A stretch of 62,505 bases of DNA from Methanobacteriota archaeon (GTDB lineage Archaea > Thermoplasmatota > Poseidoniia > Poseidoniales > Thalassarchaeaceae), in contig PATD01000038.1 of the NCBI GenBank assembly GCA_002713585.1, positions 5,362 to 67,866 on the forward strand, in the 5' to 3' direction. This document shows, one piece after another, positions 45,811 through 55,258 of the stretch. The notes beneath the pieces were generated by a model. The model saw only the letters and a list, made by a program, of their open reading frames with translations. It searched no databases and had not been told where the DNA came from. A program made the translations under genes and the position numbers. Within the stretch, counting starts at the first letter, position 1; the number at the start of each line of letters is the position of its first letter.

Positions 45811-46899
45811 TTATGATGATGATGATTTTAATCCAAAGTGCCGATCAATAGGATTCCAAAATAGAGATGCAGAGAAGAGAGGTAAGCACCCCAAAAGGAG
45901 GATTTGGCTAGGTTCAGATGTAATTACCAAGAGAGCGATACCAACAAATCCACCAAACATGGCTCCACGATGCGCTGACCTATTTCTGAGATCCATGCCA
46001 AGGCGAGGTAATTGCGAACCTAGAGCCCCGAGTACTGACACTGTACCAATCGCCCATAGAACTGAAAGATTAGGCGCACCTCCCACGAATACAGCTACTC
46101 CGGGTCCAACTAGAGTTAGTAGTGTAATAGCAAAAGATGGCCAAGTCATTCCACTAGAGTACTGGCTGGCTTCAGTTGAGCCCCCCAACATGTCAGAAAC
46201 AGAGAACATCACAAGAACAACAACCAGATGGTATGCTTGAATCACCGGCTCAAGTTCCAATACCGAATCCGGCCTAAGTGAAAACAAAGTAATCGTGAGA
46301 GCGATTGCAAATCCAAGATATGCATCATATTTACGCACTCTTCGATAATTCATCGATGATGATGTCCGAATCAGAAGTTCGGCAATCAAGAACCCTAGGG
46401 CTGAATTCATCATCAATGGAATGAATGAGGGTTCAGGTACAAATGACGAAGCAATAGATGATGATACTGGAGTAAAAGCCCCAGATGATGTACCCACAGC
46501 GATAAGGGGCAGAAGGTGAGCAGTCGTGAATATCCAAGGCCCTGAACCACGTCTCTCTCGGCAAATTAGAATCCATACTGATCCAACAAATGCGCAAATC
46601 AGTATGCCTCCTTCAGGCCCTCCTGCAAGATATTGAACTGCAGTAAGGATGGAATCAGACACCCCCCAGAGAGTCGCATGGGTATGAGAAGGAGATCCTC
46701 GATGACCACTTACAGCAAGAAAAATTGCAGCCCCCAATAAAGCAACGGGGACCAATAGGAGAAAGCGTTCAAGACGTTCTGCTTCGATGTCAAAACGTCT
46801 TCCAATGGTTGGTCCAAACCAAATCAATGGCAAAATAAGGACCTGGATGAGAAGCAGGTCTTCGATGCCCATGAATGCGGCTCTTTGCACACAAGGCAT
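45811..46899 (-). CDS. Polytopic integral membrane protein (about 10 predicted TM segments), hypothetical
   Basis: Hydrophobic segments along the whole length. No family recognised. Confidence 0.55.
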   Translation of the reverse strand: MPCVQRAAFMGIEDLLLIQVLILPLIWFGPTIGRRFDIEAERLERFLLLVPVALLGAAIFLAVSGHRGSPSHTHATLWGVSDSILTAVQYLAGGPEGGILICAFVGSVWILICRERRGSGPWIFTTAHLLPLIAVGTSSGAFTPVSSSIASSFVPEPSFIPLMMNSALGFLIAELLIRTSSSMNYRRVRKYDAYLGFAIALTITLFSLRPDSVLELEPVIQAYHLVVVLVMFSVSDMLGGSTEASQYSSGMTWPSFAITLLTLVGPGVAVFVGGAPNLSVLWAIGTVSVLGALGSQLPRLGMDLRNRSAHRGAMFGGFVGIALLVITSEPSQILLLGCLPLFSASLFWNPIDRHFGLKSSSS

Positions 46900-46934
46900 T
46901 GAACCGTGCGGAAGACTGTCGCTACAATCATTCG

Positions 46935-48572
46935 ATGGTGGATGAACGGATAGTCATGGGAGACGACCAACGGCCATGGAGGCAACAGGCCGAGGAAAGT
47001 CTTCTACTTGTTGCCATGGAGGCATGGCACGGTGAATCTGAAGTATGGCTCGAGGCTGCACTTCCTCGATTGGATGAAACCTTACGCGTAAATCCACTTC
47101 GCAGAGAATACGACTGGGTTCGACAACGAATTGAAGAGATGGGAGGGGAACCTCTCGGTTGGGTCCCTAATGCCTATGTTATGCCTTGGAAGCGAGGGGG
47201 AGCTCCTGCAGATATCAAGCCACTGTTCAATGCGTTCCATGAAACTGGACGTACCACTAGACAGGAAGCGGTCTCCATGCTTCCTCCGATGATGTTTGAT
47301 CTAAATTCAGAAGAAATCGTCCTTGATATGTGTGCATCGCCTGGATCAAAAAGTACGCATCTAGCTGAGATACTCGCTGGGAGAGGTGGAGTGATTGCCA
47401 ACGATGTTTCTCGTGCACGCACAAATACATTGGTTGCAAACGCTCAACGAGCATCATGCTCCAATCTAATGGTGATTCAACACGATGGTCGGCATGTTCC
47501 TAGAGGCACCGGACAAGGATACGATGCTGTACTCGTCGATGCACCTTGTACTGGGTCAGCTACCACACGGAAGAATCCCGATGTTTGGAGGAAGTGGCGA
47601 CCATCTGCTGGCCAAGAGTTACACACATTGCAGGTATCTCTACTGAATCGAGCTATTGATGTTGTTCGACCCGGCGGTACTGTGGTCTACTCTACATGTT
47701 CGATTGATCCAGTAGAAAACGAAGCAGTCATTGCACGGGTTCTCGAAGAAAGGGATGACATCGTATCTATCCGGTTCGAGCCATCTCGGACACCGGGCCT
47801 CATTTATCGCCCCGGCATGGAGGATTGGACAGTGTTTGATGACAATATGGAGGGCATTTCAGAGGGATGTGGGGCGCCTCCTCATGAACCTGAAATTCGA
47901 GAAGCTCTCTGCAAATGTGTTCGATTGCTTCAACAAGACACAGGACAGGGTGGTTTCTTCTTAGCAATTCTACAGAAGAACTCAGATGCAATAATGGAAA
48001 CTAGACCTGATGCTCGTCAGATTATTCCAAACCCCAAACGAAAGGGACTTCACCCCTCTACAGTATGCAAAGAAACCCTAGATGTCATTCAAACAGAACA
48101 TGACCCGATACTCTCAGATGCTTCAATCTGGAAGAGAGGGAAAAGAATACTCTGGGCAAGTAAGGCAATGAGGAATCGCGTATGGGAAATGGATACCAAT
48201 TCACGACCGGATCGAATACACCTAGGGAAACAATGGTCACCACTGAATGTCGTACATGTAGGAGTCAGAGGATGGGAGGACCGCGGAGGTAGGAACATTC
48301 GTCTGTCTTCTGAAGCGATGCACAGTATCCCACTTGGAACGGAGGGGGATAGAATCCACGATGTGACTCCAGAGGCCCTAATACGGATACTCACACAGGA
48401 GGAACCCGCCGAAAATAACCAAGGGTATGATTCAGGTGGGCACATCCTCAGATGCGAACTTGATGGAGTTGAATGGAGGCTACCTGTATGGGTGGGCGAA
48501 CGTATCACTGGGATGTGGAAGGATACCGAAGCCCTCATCCTATTGGATCGATTCAAGGATGTGATTCAATGA
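46935..48572 (+). CDS. NOL1/NOP2/Sun-family RNA (cytosine-C5)-methyltransferase
   Basis: VLDMCASPGSKSTHLAE (SAM motif I), DVSRAR, LVDAPCTGSATTRKNPD (motif IV, PC) and VVYSTCSIDPVENEAV (motif VI, TC). Start trimmed to MVDERI. Confidence 0.85.
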   Translation: MVDERIVMGDDQRPWRQQAEESLLLVAMEAWHGESEVWLEAALPRLDETLRVNPLRREYDWVRQRIEEMGGEPLGWVPNAYVMPWKRGGAPADIKPLFNAFHETGRTTRQEAVSMLPPMMFDLNSEEIVLDMCASPGSKSTHLAEILAGRGGVIANDVSRARTNTLVANAQRASCSNLMVIQHDGRHVPRGTGQGYDAVLVDAPCTGSATTRKNPDVWRKWRPSAGQELHTLQVSLLNRAIDVVRPGGTVVYSTCSIDPVENEAVIARVLEERDDIVSIRFEPSRTPGLIYRPGMEDWTVFDDNMEGISEGCGAPPHEPEIREALCKCVRLLQQDTGQGGFFLAILQKNSDAIMETRPDARQIIPNPKRKGLHPSTVCKETLDVIQTEHDPILSDASIWKRGKRILWASKAMRNRVWEMDTNSRPDRIHLGKQWSPLNVVHVGVRGWEDRGGRNIRLSSEAMHSIPLGTEGDRIHDVTPEALIRILTQEEPAENNQGYDSGGHILRCELDGVEWRLPVWVGERITGMWKDTEALILLDRFKDVIQ

Positions 48573-49639
48573 ATATTCGACTCTGCATATTCAGTATATT
48601 GCTAGCGATGCTTCTGATGCCAATGGCACAGGCTGCACCATTGATTGAGGTCTTTGTTCCGAATGGAGAGACCATTCACGATATTGTAGATGAAGAAATC
48701 CTTGAGGAGGGGCAATCGGGTGAAGCTATTCTCATTTCATGGCACTCCGATGAAGAAGATCCATTGAACATCCTCGCAGCTGAGCAGAGAGCTGCTGCAC
48801 TGAATGCCTCAATCGGCGAGGTTCGATATGATGGAGCGCCCCTAGCAGGAGAAGTTCAATCTGGAGAAGATATCCAAGTCCATGCCCGATGGACAGAGAC
48901 GGGAGACATTGCTATCGATGCTCAGATAAAGCTCAACGAGACAGTTGGAGATGAGGTAATCATCCGATGGTTGATTCTGCGGCCATCAATTTCTGTTGCC
49001 AGTCACCCTCTGGCCCCTAATGACCTGAATGTGGTCGTATACCACGCATGGACCTCAACCTTCAACCGCAGCGAAGGAGCAGATGAGGTCTGGGCTCATG
49101 TAGTGCAACCGACGACTTTGTTGGACTGGGGTATCGAACCGGGAGAAGAGGTCCGAGTTGTAACCAGCCTAATTTCAATGGACGACCATTTAGTCCATGC
49201 TTCTGGAATTGGGCATCTTGATGCACATGTGGTCGAGAAAGGTGCGAAGAGTGCGGCAACTGCAAGCCTCATTATGGGTATTGGAACCCTTGCACTTGTA
49301 GCGGTGTTCATCGGAGAAAAACGGCGTCAACAATCGATGCCGAAAATTCGTCCAATCGTGACAGGTAACGGTGACAATCTGCAACATCTAATCCATGTTC
49401 AAGCTGGTGCAGCGGGCATCGTAATTGATGGTATTGAAGGAGGGAGGTCATGGAGGATGATTGCACGGCGAAATCTCCCAATCAGATTAGAGCCAAATGA
49501 GGAAGTGGAAATTCAAATTCGGAAATTACGAGCAATAGAGCATGATGACCCCTGCACAATCAGGATGGAAGTCGATGGGCATGACCGATGGGTGCTGGAT
49601 CTAAGGTTCCCGAGAATAGTTACGAACGAGGAAGAGTAA
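48569..49639 (+). CDS. Membrane-anchored protein: signal peptide, ~230-aa outside domain, TM helix, ~95-aa cytoplasmic beta-rich domain; hypothetical
   Basis: MNIRLCIFSILLAMLLMPMAQAAP. TM ASLIMGIGTLALVAVFIG. The ATG overlaps the methyltransferase stop (ATGA). Confidence 0.55.
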   Translation: MNIRLCIFSILLAMLLMPMAQAAPLIEVFVPNGETIHDIVDEEILEEGQSGEAILISWHSDEEDPLNILAAEQRAAALNASIGEVRYDGAPLAGEVQSGEDIQVHARWTETGDIAIDAQIKLNETVGDEVIIRWLILRPSISVASHPLAPNDLNVVVYHAWTSTFNRSEGADEVWAHVVQPTTLLDWGIEPGEEVRVVTSLISMDDHLVHASGIGHLDAHVVEKGAKSAATASLIMGIGTLALVAVFIGEKRRQQSMPKIRPIVTGNGDNLQHLIHVQAGAAGIVIDGIEGGRSWRMIARRNLPIRLEPNEEVEIQIRKLRAIEHDDPCTIRMEVDGHDRWVLDLRFPRIVTNEEE

Positions 49640-49714
49640 CCATTGGAACTAGGTTATTCGCTGGAAACTTCAAGAGCGGCGGACCGAACTGCGTTGCCCC
49701 GAAGGCGATGTGGA

Positions 49715-50179
49715 ATGCTCGACGACACCGACCGTGCTATCCTGGCCCAGTTGATCGAGGATGGGACCCGTTCCAATCGAACTGTCGCAGAAGCGATTGG
49801 AGTATCACAAGGAACTGTCAGCAATCGCGTAAAGCGATTGGAAGAGCTTGGCGTCATCCGTGGATACACCGCGCACATCGATCCAGAGAAGGTCGGATGG
49901 AGAATCACAGTAGTGGTAGGCATCCGAATAGAGAAGGGGCGATTACTCGAGATCCAAGGGAGAATTGCAGAAGACCCTCGCGTTATCTCAGTATACGACG
50001 TCACGGGAGATTACGACTCGATGGTGATCGCTCTAGCCAAAGACAGAGAGGATCTCAACGATTTGACCAAAACCGTCCTCTCTATCGATGGCATCGAACG
50101 TTCTCATACGCATATGGTTCTAAACACAGTAAAGGAATCCAAGATACAGATGCCGAAGATTCACGAAGATGGCGCTTGA
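49715..50179 (+). CDS. lrp: Lrp/AsnC-family transcriptional regulator
   Basis: LDDTDRAILAQLIEDGTRSNRTVAEAIGVSQGTVSNRVKRLEELGVI HTH, plus a C-terminal RAM/AsnC_trans_reg domain (...VYDVTGDYDSMV...). Confidence 0.85.
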   Translation: MLDDTDRAILAQLIEDGTRSNRTVAEAIGVSQGTVSNRVKRLEELGVIRGYTAHIDPEKVGWRITVVVGIRIEKGRLLEIQGRIAEDPRVISVYDVTGDYDSMVIALAKDREDLNDLTKTVLSIDGIERSHTHMVLNTVKESKIQMPKIHEDGA

Positions 50180-50207
50180 TATGGCCTCGACCCCATGAGG
50201 TCGTCCC

Positions 50208-53078
50208 ATGACGTTGCAAAATCCATCTACTGAACAGAGGACTTGGGCCGCTATCGAATCCGATTTGAAAATTCAACAACCCGCTTCGGATCAGAACATG
50301 ACTCTCCATTTCGGCCGATGGGAAGATCAGCCTCATCAACACCTACCAGTAGCCCGTATGTTTGCGGGACCATGGAAAGGAATTCTTGTCGCTGATGAAG
50401 TGGGCCTCGGAAAAACCATCTCTGCGATGATCTCGATTCGAGAACTCCATGCTAGAGGTGAAACCGGAGGCATCCTAATTGCTTGCCCAGGCAGTCTGAG
50501 ATCGAAATGGAAGAACGAACTCGCACATCGAGTTGACCTTGATGCGAAGACGCCTGCAACCTGCGCCTCCTTCCTCGAAGAACTCGATGCTCTACAAAAC
50601 GGCTCAAACAATGTGGTAATTGTCAGTCACGGTGTTCTTCGGCGAGCCGAAACACTAGATTCGATGGTAGGACAAAGGATGAATCTACTCATGACAATTG
50701 TCGATGAAGCCCACCATGTTCGAAACCCAAAATCAAGGCTTCACGATGCGATCCAAATGCTCTTTCTTTCATCACGCTGGAAGATGCTACTCACGGCAAC
50801 ACCAGTCAATCTTGATAATGAGGATCTCTTTGTCTTGCTCTCTCTCATCGCTCCAGATCGATGGCCAGATATCCATTCATTTCGTGCTACGATGTCCCCC
50901 ACTGCCACAATCCACAGTGCTATCGATGCAGTATGTACAAAGCCAATTCAAGCGGATCAGCTCAGATATGAGATTGCTCGACTAAACAATTACGTCGCAA
51001 TGCAAGATGACCCTCGGTTGAGAGACGTTCGAGTTCTAGCTGCTGAAGGTGAGTATCTTTCATCGAAATCACATCACGAACTTGTTGATCTATTGAGAGA
51101 GATGTTGCCTCTGAATGACATGCTCGTTCGAACACGGCGAAAAGACCTCGACATGGAACTTGCTCAGCGAGCACCGGTCATACTTCACGTGAATCTAACC
51201 GAAGAGGAATGGGCGCTCTACAGGGCCGCAAGAGCCTGGTCATATCGGCTCCAACGTCTAAGAGACCCCGATGGTGGCTTTGATTGGGCATCCATTATGC
51301 CAGAACGAATGGCTTCATCCTGCCTACAAGCCTACGCATCTCATGTGCTCCAAAAAATCGAGGAGGCATTGGAGAATCCTCCCGATGAAGAGGAAAAGGA
51401 TGTTCGGATTATTGATGCATGGAGGGGGTTACCGGAACATCGGGAACTCGTACGCTCGGCGAAATCACTTGGACTTCGAGATACGAAATATGAGGCACTA
51501 ATTGGATGGCTAAGGAAGCAAGAAACAGATGATGGTTTTGATGGTGGAGTTCTCCTATTCTCCCAGTTCCATGGCACCCTTGAACACCTTCTGAAAAAGT
51601 TGAACGATGACGGTCTCAAAGCGGAGTTGCTAACAGGAAAAACACCGCTTACAAGGCGAGATGAAATCCGTGAGAGATTCGCTAATGGTGAAATGGATGT
51701 ACTGCTAAGCAGCGAAGTCGGAACAGAAGGACTCGACCAACAACACTGTCATCGACTCGTCAACTATGATCTCCCATGGAATCCGATGAAATTGGAGCAA
51801 CGAATTGGGAGATTAGATCGATATGGACAGAGAAGTCCTGTAATACACATCGCAAACATGTGTGTTCAAGGTACAATCGATGCTGCAATACTAGGTCGAT
51901 TGCTATTCCGTATCCAGATCTTTGAGACCTCTCTTGGGATGGTTGACCCAATGCTTGGTCGTGCAGTCCGCGTTCTCGCTCAAAACGAGATCTCGCGAAA
52001 TGCTGTCAGAGAGGATATGGAACCGGGTTTTCAATTCATGGATCTAGACCATTACCTTGAGATTGAGAATGACGAGGACGTCGAGGAAATTCTTCAGGAA
52101 CGAAATCGATGGATTACAGAATCAGCACTCAAAGAGCGGGAGGTCATTGGGGCCGATCCAGGGGTTCGACGTGTGCGCTCCGCGATGGAAGCGCATAGGG
52201 TAGATGTCGAACCAGAAGATGTTCGTCGGCAAGTCGAACGTTGGGTGATTACGAATGGGGGAGATCACTACGAATCGGCTGACGGCATCTGGATGATTCG
52301 TTTGTCCAATGAATGTCTGGAGGAATTAGGTTCATCCAAACACGGAACAACTGTGTGGAAGGAACTCATCGGCCGATTCAGTCAACGTGCTGGACCACAA
52401 TGGCTTGAGATTACGTATAGTCAAGTCATTGCTCGAGAGCGAACAGACCTTGAATTTGTCAATCCTTGGCATCCTCTGATGCGTATCTCTCTCGATGAAT
52501 CTGTTAGGGAGTTCGGAGAGGATGTGATTGCTTCTGAAATCCTTAGTGTAGGATCTGCTGACTCGCTTCCCACTGGAACTGCTTGTGTTGTAGCAATTGA
52601 ATGGCGAGTTCATGGACTCAACGAACATCGAATTCGCCGATGGCTTGCTCTAGATAACGAATTCAATCCGCTCATGACCCTCGACCACAATCCATGGATA
52701 GATACTGTAGAAGAACCTCAAGTAATGAGGCGGGATTCCTCCTTGATTCAACACTTGGAAGAAGCCCGAACTCGGCTCCATGGTGAATTACTATTCCATG
52801 AAAGAAATCGATTAGCACCCTTATTGAATGAACTAACCATCAATACCAATGCGGCATGGAAATCAAGAATTGAAGCAGAAGAGGTGCAAATCCAGAAAGC
52901 TGAATGGAACGCTACACTCCGTGACGAAGTCCTCGATATACGATGGTTGCGCATGAAGCGGGGTATCATCAACCGGCTCCATGAACAATTGAACGAACGT
53001 ATCGAGGAAATCGACAGAATTAGACAATCTATGCAGGCAAGTATAGCCATTCCAATCGTCGTCCTAATCAAGGAATAA
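50208..53078 (+). CDS. SNF2-family helicase/translocase with a ~380-aa uncharacterised C-terminal region
   Basis: LVADEVGLGKT (motif I), VDEAHHVRN (II), LLTATP (III) and LLSSEVGTEGLDQQHCHRLVNYDLPWNPMKLEQRIGRLDRYGQ (V/VI). Confidence 0.85.
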   Translation: MTLQNPSTEQRTWAAIESDLKIQQPASDQNMTLHFGRWEDQPHQHLPVARMFAGPWKGILVADEVGLGKTISAMISIRELHARGETGGILIACPGSLRSKWKNELAHRVDLDAKTPATCASFLEELDALQNGSNNVVIVSHGVLRRAETLDSMVGQRMNLLMTIVDEAHHVRNPKSRLHDAIQMLFLSSRWKMLLTATPVNLDNEDLFVLLSLIAPDRWPDIHSFRATMSPTATIHSAIDAVCTKPIQADQLRYEIARLNNYVAMQDDPRLRDVRVLAAEGEYLSSKSHHELVDLLREMLPLNDMLVRTRRKDLDMELAQRAPVILHVNLTEEEWALYRAARAWSYRLQRLRDPDGGFDWASIMPERMASSCLQAYASHVLQKIEEALENPPDEEEKDVRIIDAWRGLPEHRELVRSAKSLGLRDTKYEALIGWLRKQETDDGFDGGVLLFSQFHGTLEHLLKKLNDDGLKAELLTGKTPLTRRDEIRERFANGEMDVLLSSEVGTEGLDQQHCHRLVNYDLPWNPMKLEQRIGRLDRYGQRSPVIHIANMCVQGTIDAAILGRLLFRIQIFETSLGMVDPMLGRAVRVLAQNEISRNAVREDMEPGFQFMDLDHYLEIENDEDVEEILQERNRWITESALKEREVIGADPGVRRVRSAMEAHRVDVEPEDVRRQVERWVITNGGDHYESADGIWMIRLSNECLEELGSSKHGTTVWKELIGRFSQRAGPQWLEITYSQVIARERTDLEFVNPWHPLMRISLDESVREFGEDVIASEILSVGSADSLPTGTACVVAIEWRVHGLNEHRIRRWLALDNEFNPLMTLDHNPWIDTVEEPQVMRRDSSLIQHLEEARTRLHGELLFHERNRLAPLLNELTINTNAAWKSRIEAEEVQIQKAEWNATLRDEVLDIRWLRMKRGIINRLHEQLNERIEEIDRIRQSMQASIAIPIVVLIKE

Positions 53079-53087
53079 TACAGTGAA

Positions 53088-53717
53088 TCAGAAAAAACCA
53101 CTAGGTGGGGGGTCGACTGTATCGATTAGGGGATTCAACTCATTCACGTGTGTCTTCAAACCCTCAACTGTAGACCCCTTCATGGCCATGGATCTCATTA
53201 GGACCCTGCGTGTTGAATCATCGATGCTCATATCGAGACTCCTCATTCTAACACGCAGACGTTCATGCAGACGTTTTCCTGTTCGGTCCCAATCCATCAT
53301 CAACATCACAGATGCGCCACCGTCAAACGGATTTTTCCTCCCATACTGATCATGGAGATGAGCAATCAATCGACTCTGACTCCAACCCCGATTGACAAGT
53401 TCAATAGGGCCATCGAAACCTAAAGCACGAAGAGTCTCAAGATCTCTGCGTCCCTCGACTATAATTGGACACCCAAAACCTCCCAAGATAGGGTTTCTAT
53501 TTCTTGACCTCGCTCGAGCAAGAGCTCGAGCTGATGGCATAAGGGACTCATCTCCTGGAGGATTACGACGACCAAAGCTGAATGACATCAGAATTCTTTT
53601 CTCACCTAGTTCGGTACCCATCGGATACGCCGAAGTTCGAAACCCCCTTGGTAGAACAATTCTACAAGGTAGTTCTTGAATAGGAAGCACAGAACCTCTC
53701 TCAAGATGGGAATTCAT
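53088..53717 (-). CDS. Small Toprim-domain protein
   Basis: PIIVEGRRDLETLRALGF (conserved Glu) and VMLMMDWDRTGKRL (DxD). Confidence 0.6.
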   Translation of the reverse strand: MNSHLERGSVLPIQELPCRIVLPRGFRTSAYPMGTELGEKRILMSFSFGRRNPPGDESLMPSARALARARSRNRNPILGGFGCPIIVEGRRDLETLRALGFDGPIELVNRGWSQSRLIAHLHDQYGRKNPFDGGASVMLMMDWDRTGKRLHERLRVRMRSLDMSIDDSTRRVLMRSMAMKGSTVEGLKTHVNELNPLIDTVDPPPSGFF

Positions 53718-53818
53718 ACCACCTCACCCATCTACTAACTGTCGGTCTTGAGTATGGATGGTTGAGCCCCACGAATGCTTATCTACGGGAGTCCAGACGC
53801 TTAGAATGAGGGTTGGGA

Positions 53819-54541
53819 ATGGGCATAGCGAGCGCCGCATTCGACAGTCTCTGGAACGAGTACTTGGTGTGGTCCGCAATCGTCGGCGGTTTCACGTTTA
53901 TCTGGCTAGCACATCACTCACTCACCTACCGCTCAAAAGAAGAAGATGACGATTGGGTTGATGTCGACGGGATCGAAGTCGGTGTCTTCCCAAAACACAA
54001 CGATAACGTCTCCCTTGAACTTGCATGGACGATTATTCCATTCATCCTCATCGTCTACTTAACCTGGATTTCATGGGGGCCGATTAACGATGTTTGGGCA
54101 GATCCTACCGATCCTGACAGTCAATATGGGCTCGATTGCACGGATGCTGCTGCTGATCCAAACAAATGCTACCATAACATCGATATTACGGCGCAACAAT
54201 GGTTCTGGTCCTTCGACTGTCGTGACCTCGGACCTTCACTCTGTGATGCTTCTCAATATCAAGATTTGAATGGGACGACGGTCCCGGTAATATCTTTGAA
54301 AGAAGGTGAATTCTATCTTGCAAATATCACTTCAATCGATGTAACCCATTCCCCATGGTTCGTATCATTCGGAGTAAAAGAGGATGCAGTCCCAGGACTT
54401 GATTCCCAGGTCTGGATTATTCCGACCTGTGATGAAGCTGACTGTGGTGGAGAAGAAGGGGAATCAACCCTACTTCTATGCACAGAATACTGCGGTGACG
54501 ATCACGCCTACATGGCCGCTGTGGTGAATGTTCACAAGTGA
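53819..54541 (+). CDS. coxB: Heme-copper (aa3-type) oxidase subunit II with CuA site; no cytochrome c domain
   Basis: Two N-terminal TM helices. DVTHSPWF. CuA motif CTEYCGDDHAYM. TTG at 53813 is an alternative start. Confidence 0.85.
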   Translation: MGIASAAFDSLWNEYLVWSAIVGGFTFIWLAHHSLTYRSKEEDDDWVDVDGIEVGVFPKHNDNVSLELAWTIIPFILIVYLTWISWGPINDVWADPTDPDSQYGLDCTDAAADPNKCYHNIDITAQQWFWSFDCRDLGPSLCDASQYQDLNGTTVPVISLKEGEFYLANITSIDVTHSPWFVSFGVKEDAVPGLDSQVWIIPTCDEADCGGEEGESTLLLCTEYCGDDHAYMAAVVNVHK

Positions 54542-54553
54542 GGTGTTGATGAT

Positions 54554-55258
54554 ATGAAGCAGAATACTCTTCTTCGAACTCTTGTCCTACTAACCGTTCT
54601 CGGTCTGGCTCTAAGCATGGCGCCTCAAGCAGATTCTTTGCCCAATGGAATTATTGGGCAGAGCGAAAAGGGGTGCACTTGCCACGGGGCCATCCCTGAT
54701 TCCGGTGTAGCTCCTTCCATCGAGGGGCTCCCGGCGACATTCAACGCCAGTACTACCTACACCTTGACTATCTCATTCACAGGAGGTCCTTCGGGGCAAT
54801 CAGGTGACCCTCACAACCTAGGGGGATTCAACTTAGCTGTGTCTTCTGGAATTCTCGAAGCCGTCGATGACACTGTCAAGATTGATGGTGATCAAGCCAC
54901 CCATAATGGAATTGATGATGATATAGATGGGAATGGAATTCAAGATTCAATAGAAGCCGGAGGAGCAGCGATCATCAGCGGTAACGATTACACCTCATGG
55001 TTAGTCAACTGGACATCGCCGTCAAGCGGATCGAGCACTTTCACACTTGCAGTCAATTCTGTTAATGGCGATGGGCAAGCAAGCGCCAATGACGCTTGGA
55101 ATCTAATGGCCATTACAGTTGCAGGGCCCTCCTCAGGGGCAGCAGCAGAGGAATTACAATCTGCAGACCCATTTGTCGTACTTGTAACACTCATCATCGT
55201 ATCTGGAATCCTACTCGCTGCCGTCATCCTCTACACATTCTACCGAGTTAGCCCAGAC
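54554..55258 (+). other. N-terminal Reeler/DOMON-like extracytoplasmic module plus extra TM helix of the CoxI fusion
   Basis: Pattern GC.CHG...Y.LTISF.GG.....LGGFNLAV..G......ATH......[23 protein letters not shown]. Fold assignment is by eye only. Confidence 0.4.

Noticed and set aside
48569-49639. The cytoplasmic C-terminal beta-rich domain (ARRNLPIR ... EVDGHDRW), considered as a PilZ-like c-di-GMP receptor.
   Set aside because: The spacing does not match the RxxxR / D-x-S-x-x-G PilZ signatures, and c-di-GMP signalling is not established in this type of archaeon.
50208-53717. The SNF2 helicase plus Toprim protein, considered as an anti-phage defence system (DISARM/Zorya/other).
   Set aside because: None of the required partner genes is present. 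The two genes are convergent rather than co-transcribed, and flanking genes are housekeeping (Lrp, the cox operon). It is kept only as a lower-interest open question.
54674-54685. The CTCH motif in the CoxI N-terminal module, considered as a c-type heme attachment site.
   Set aside because: The canonical motif is CxxCH. This one is CxCH, which I do not know to support covalent heme binding. It is kept only as a conserved-looking feature inside the fusion-domain finding.
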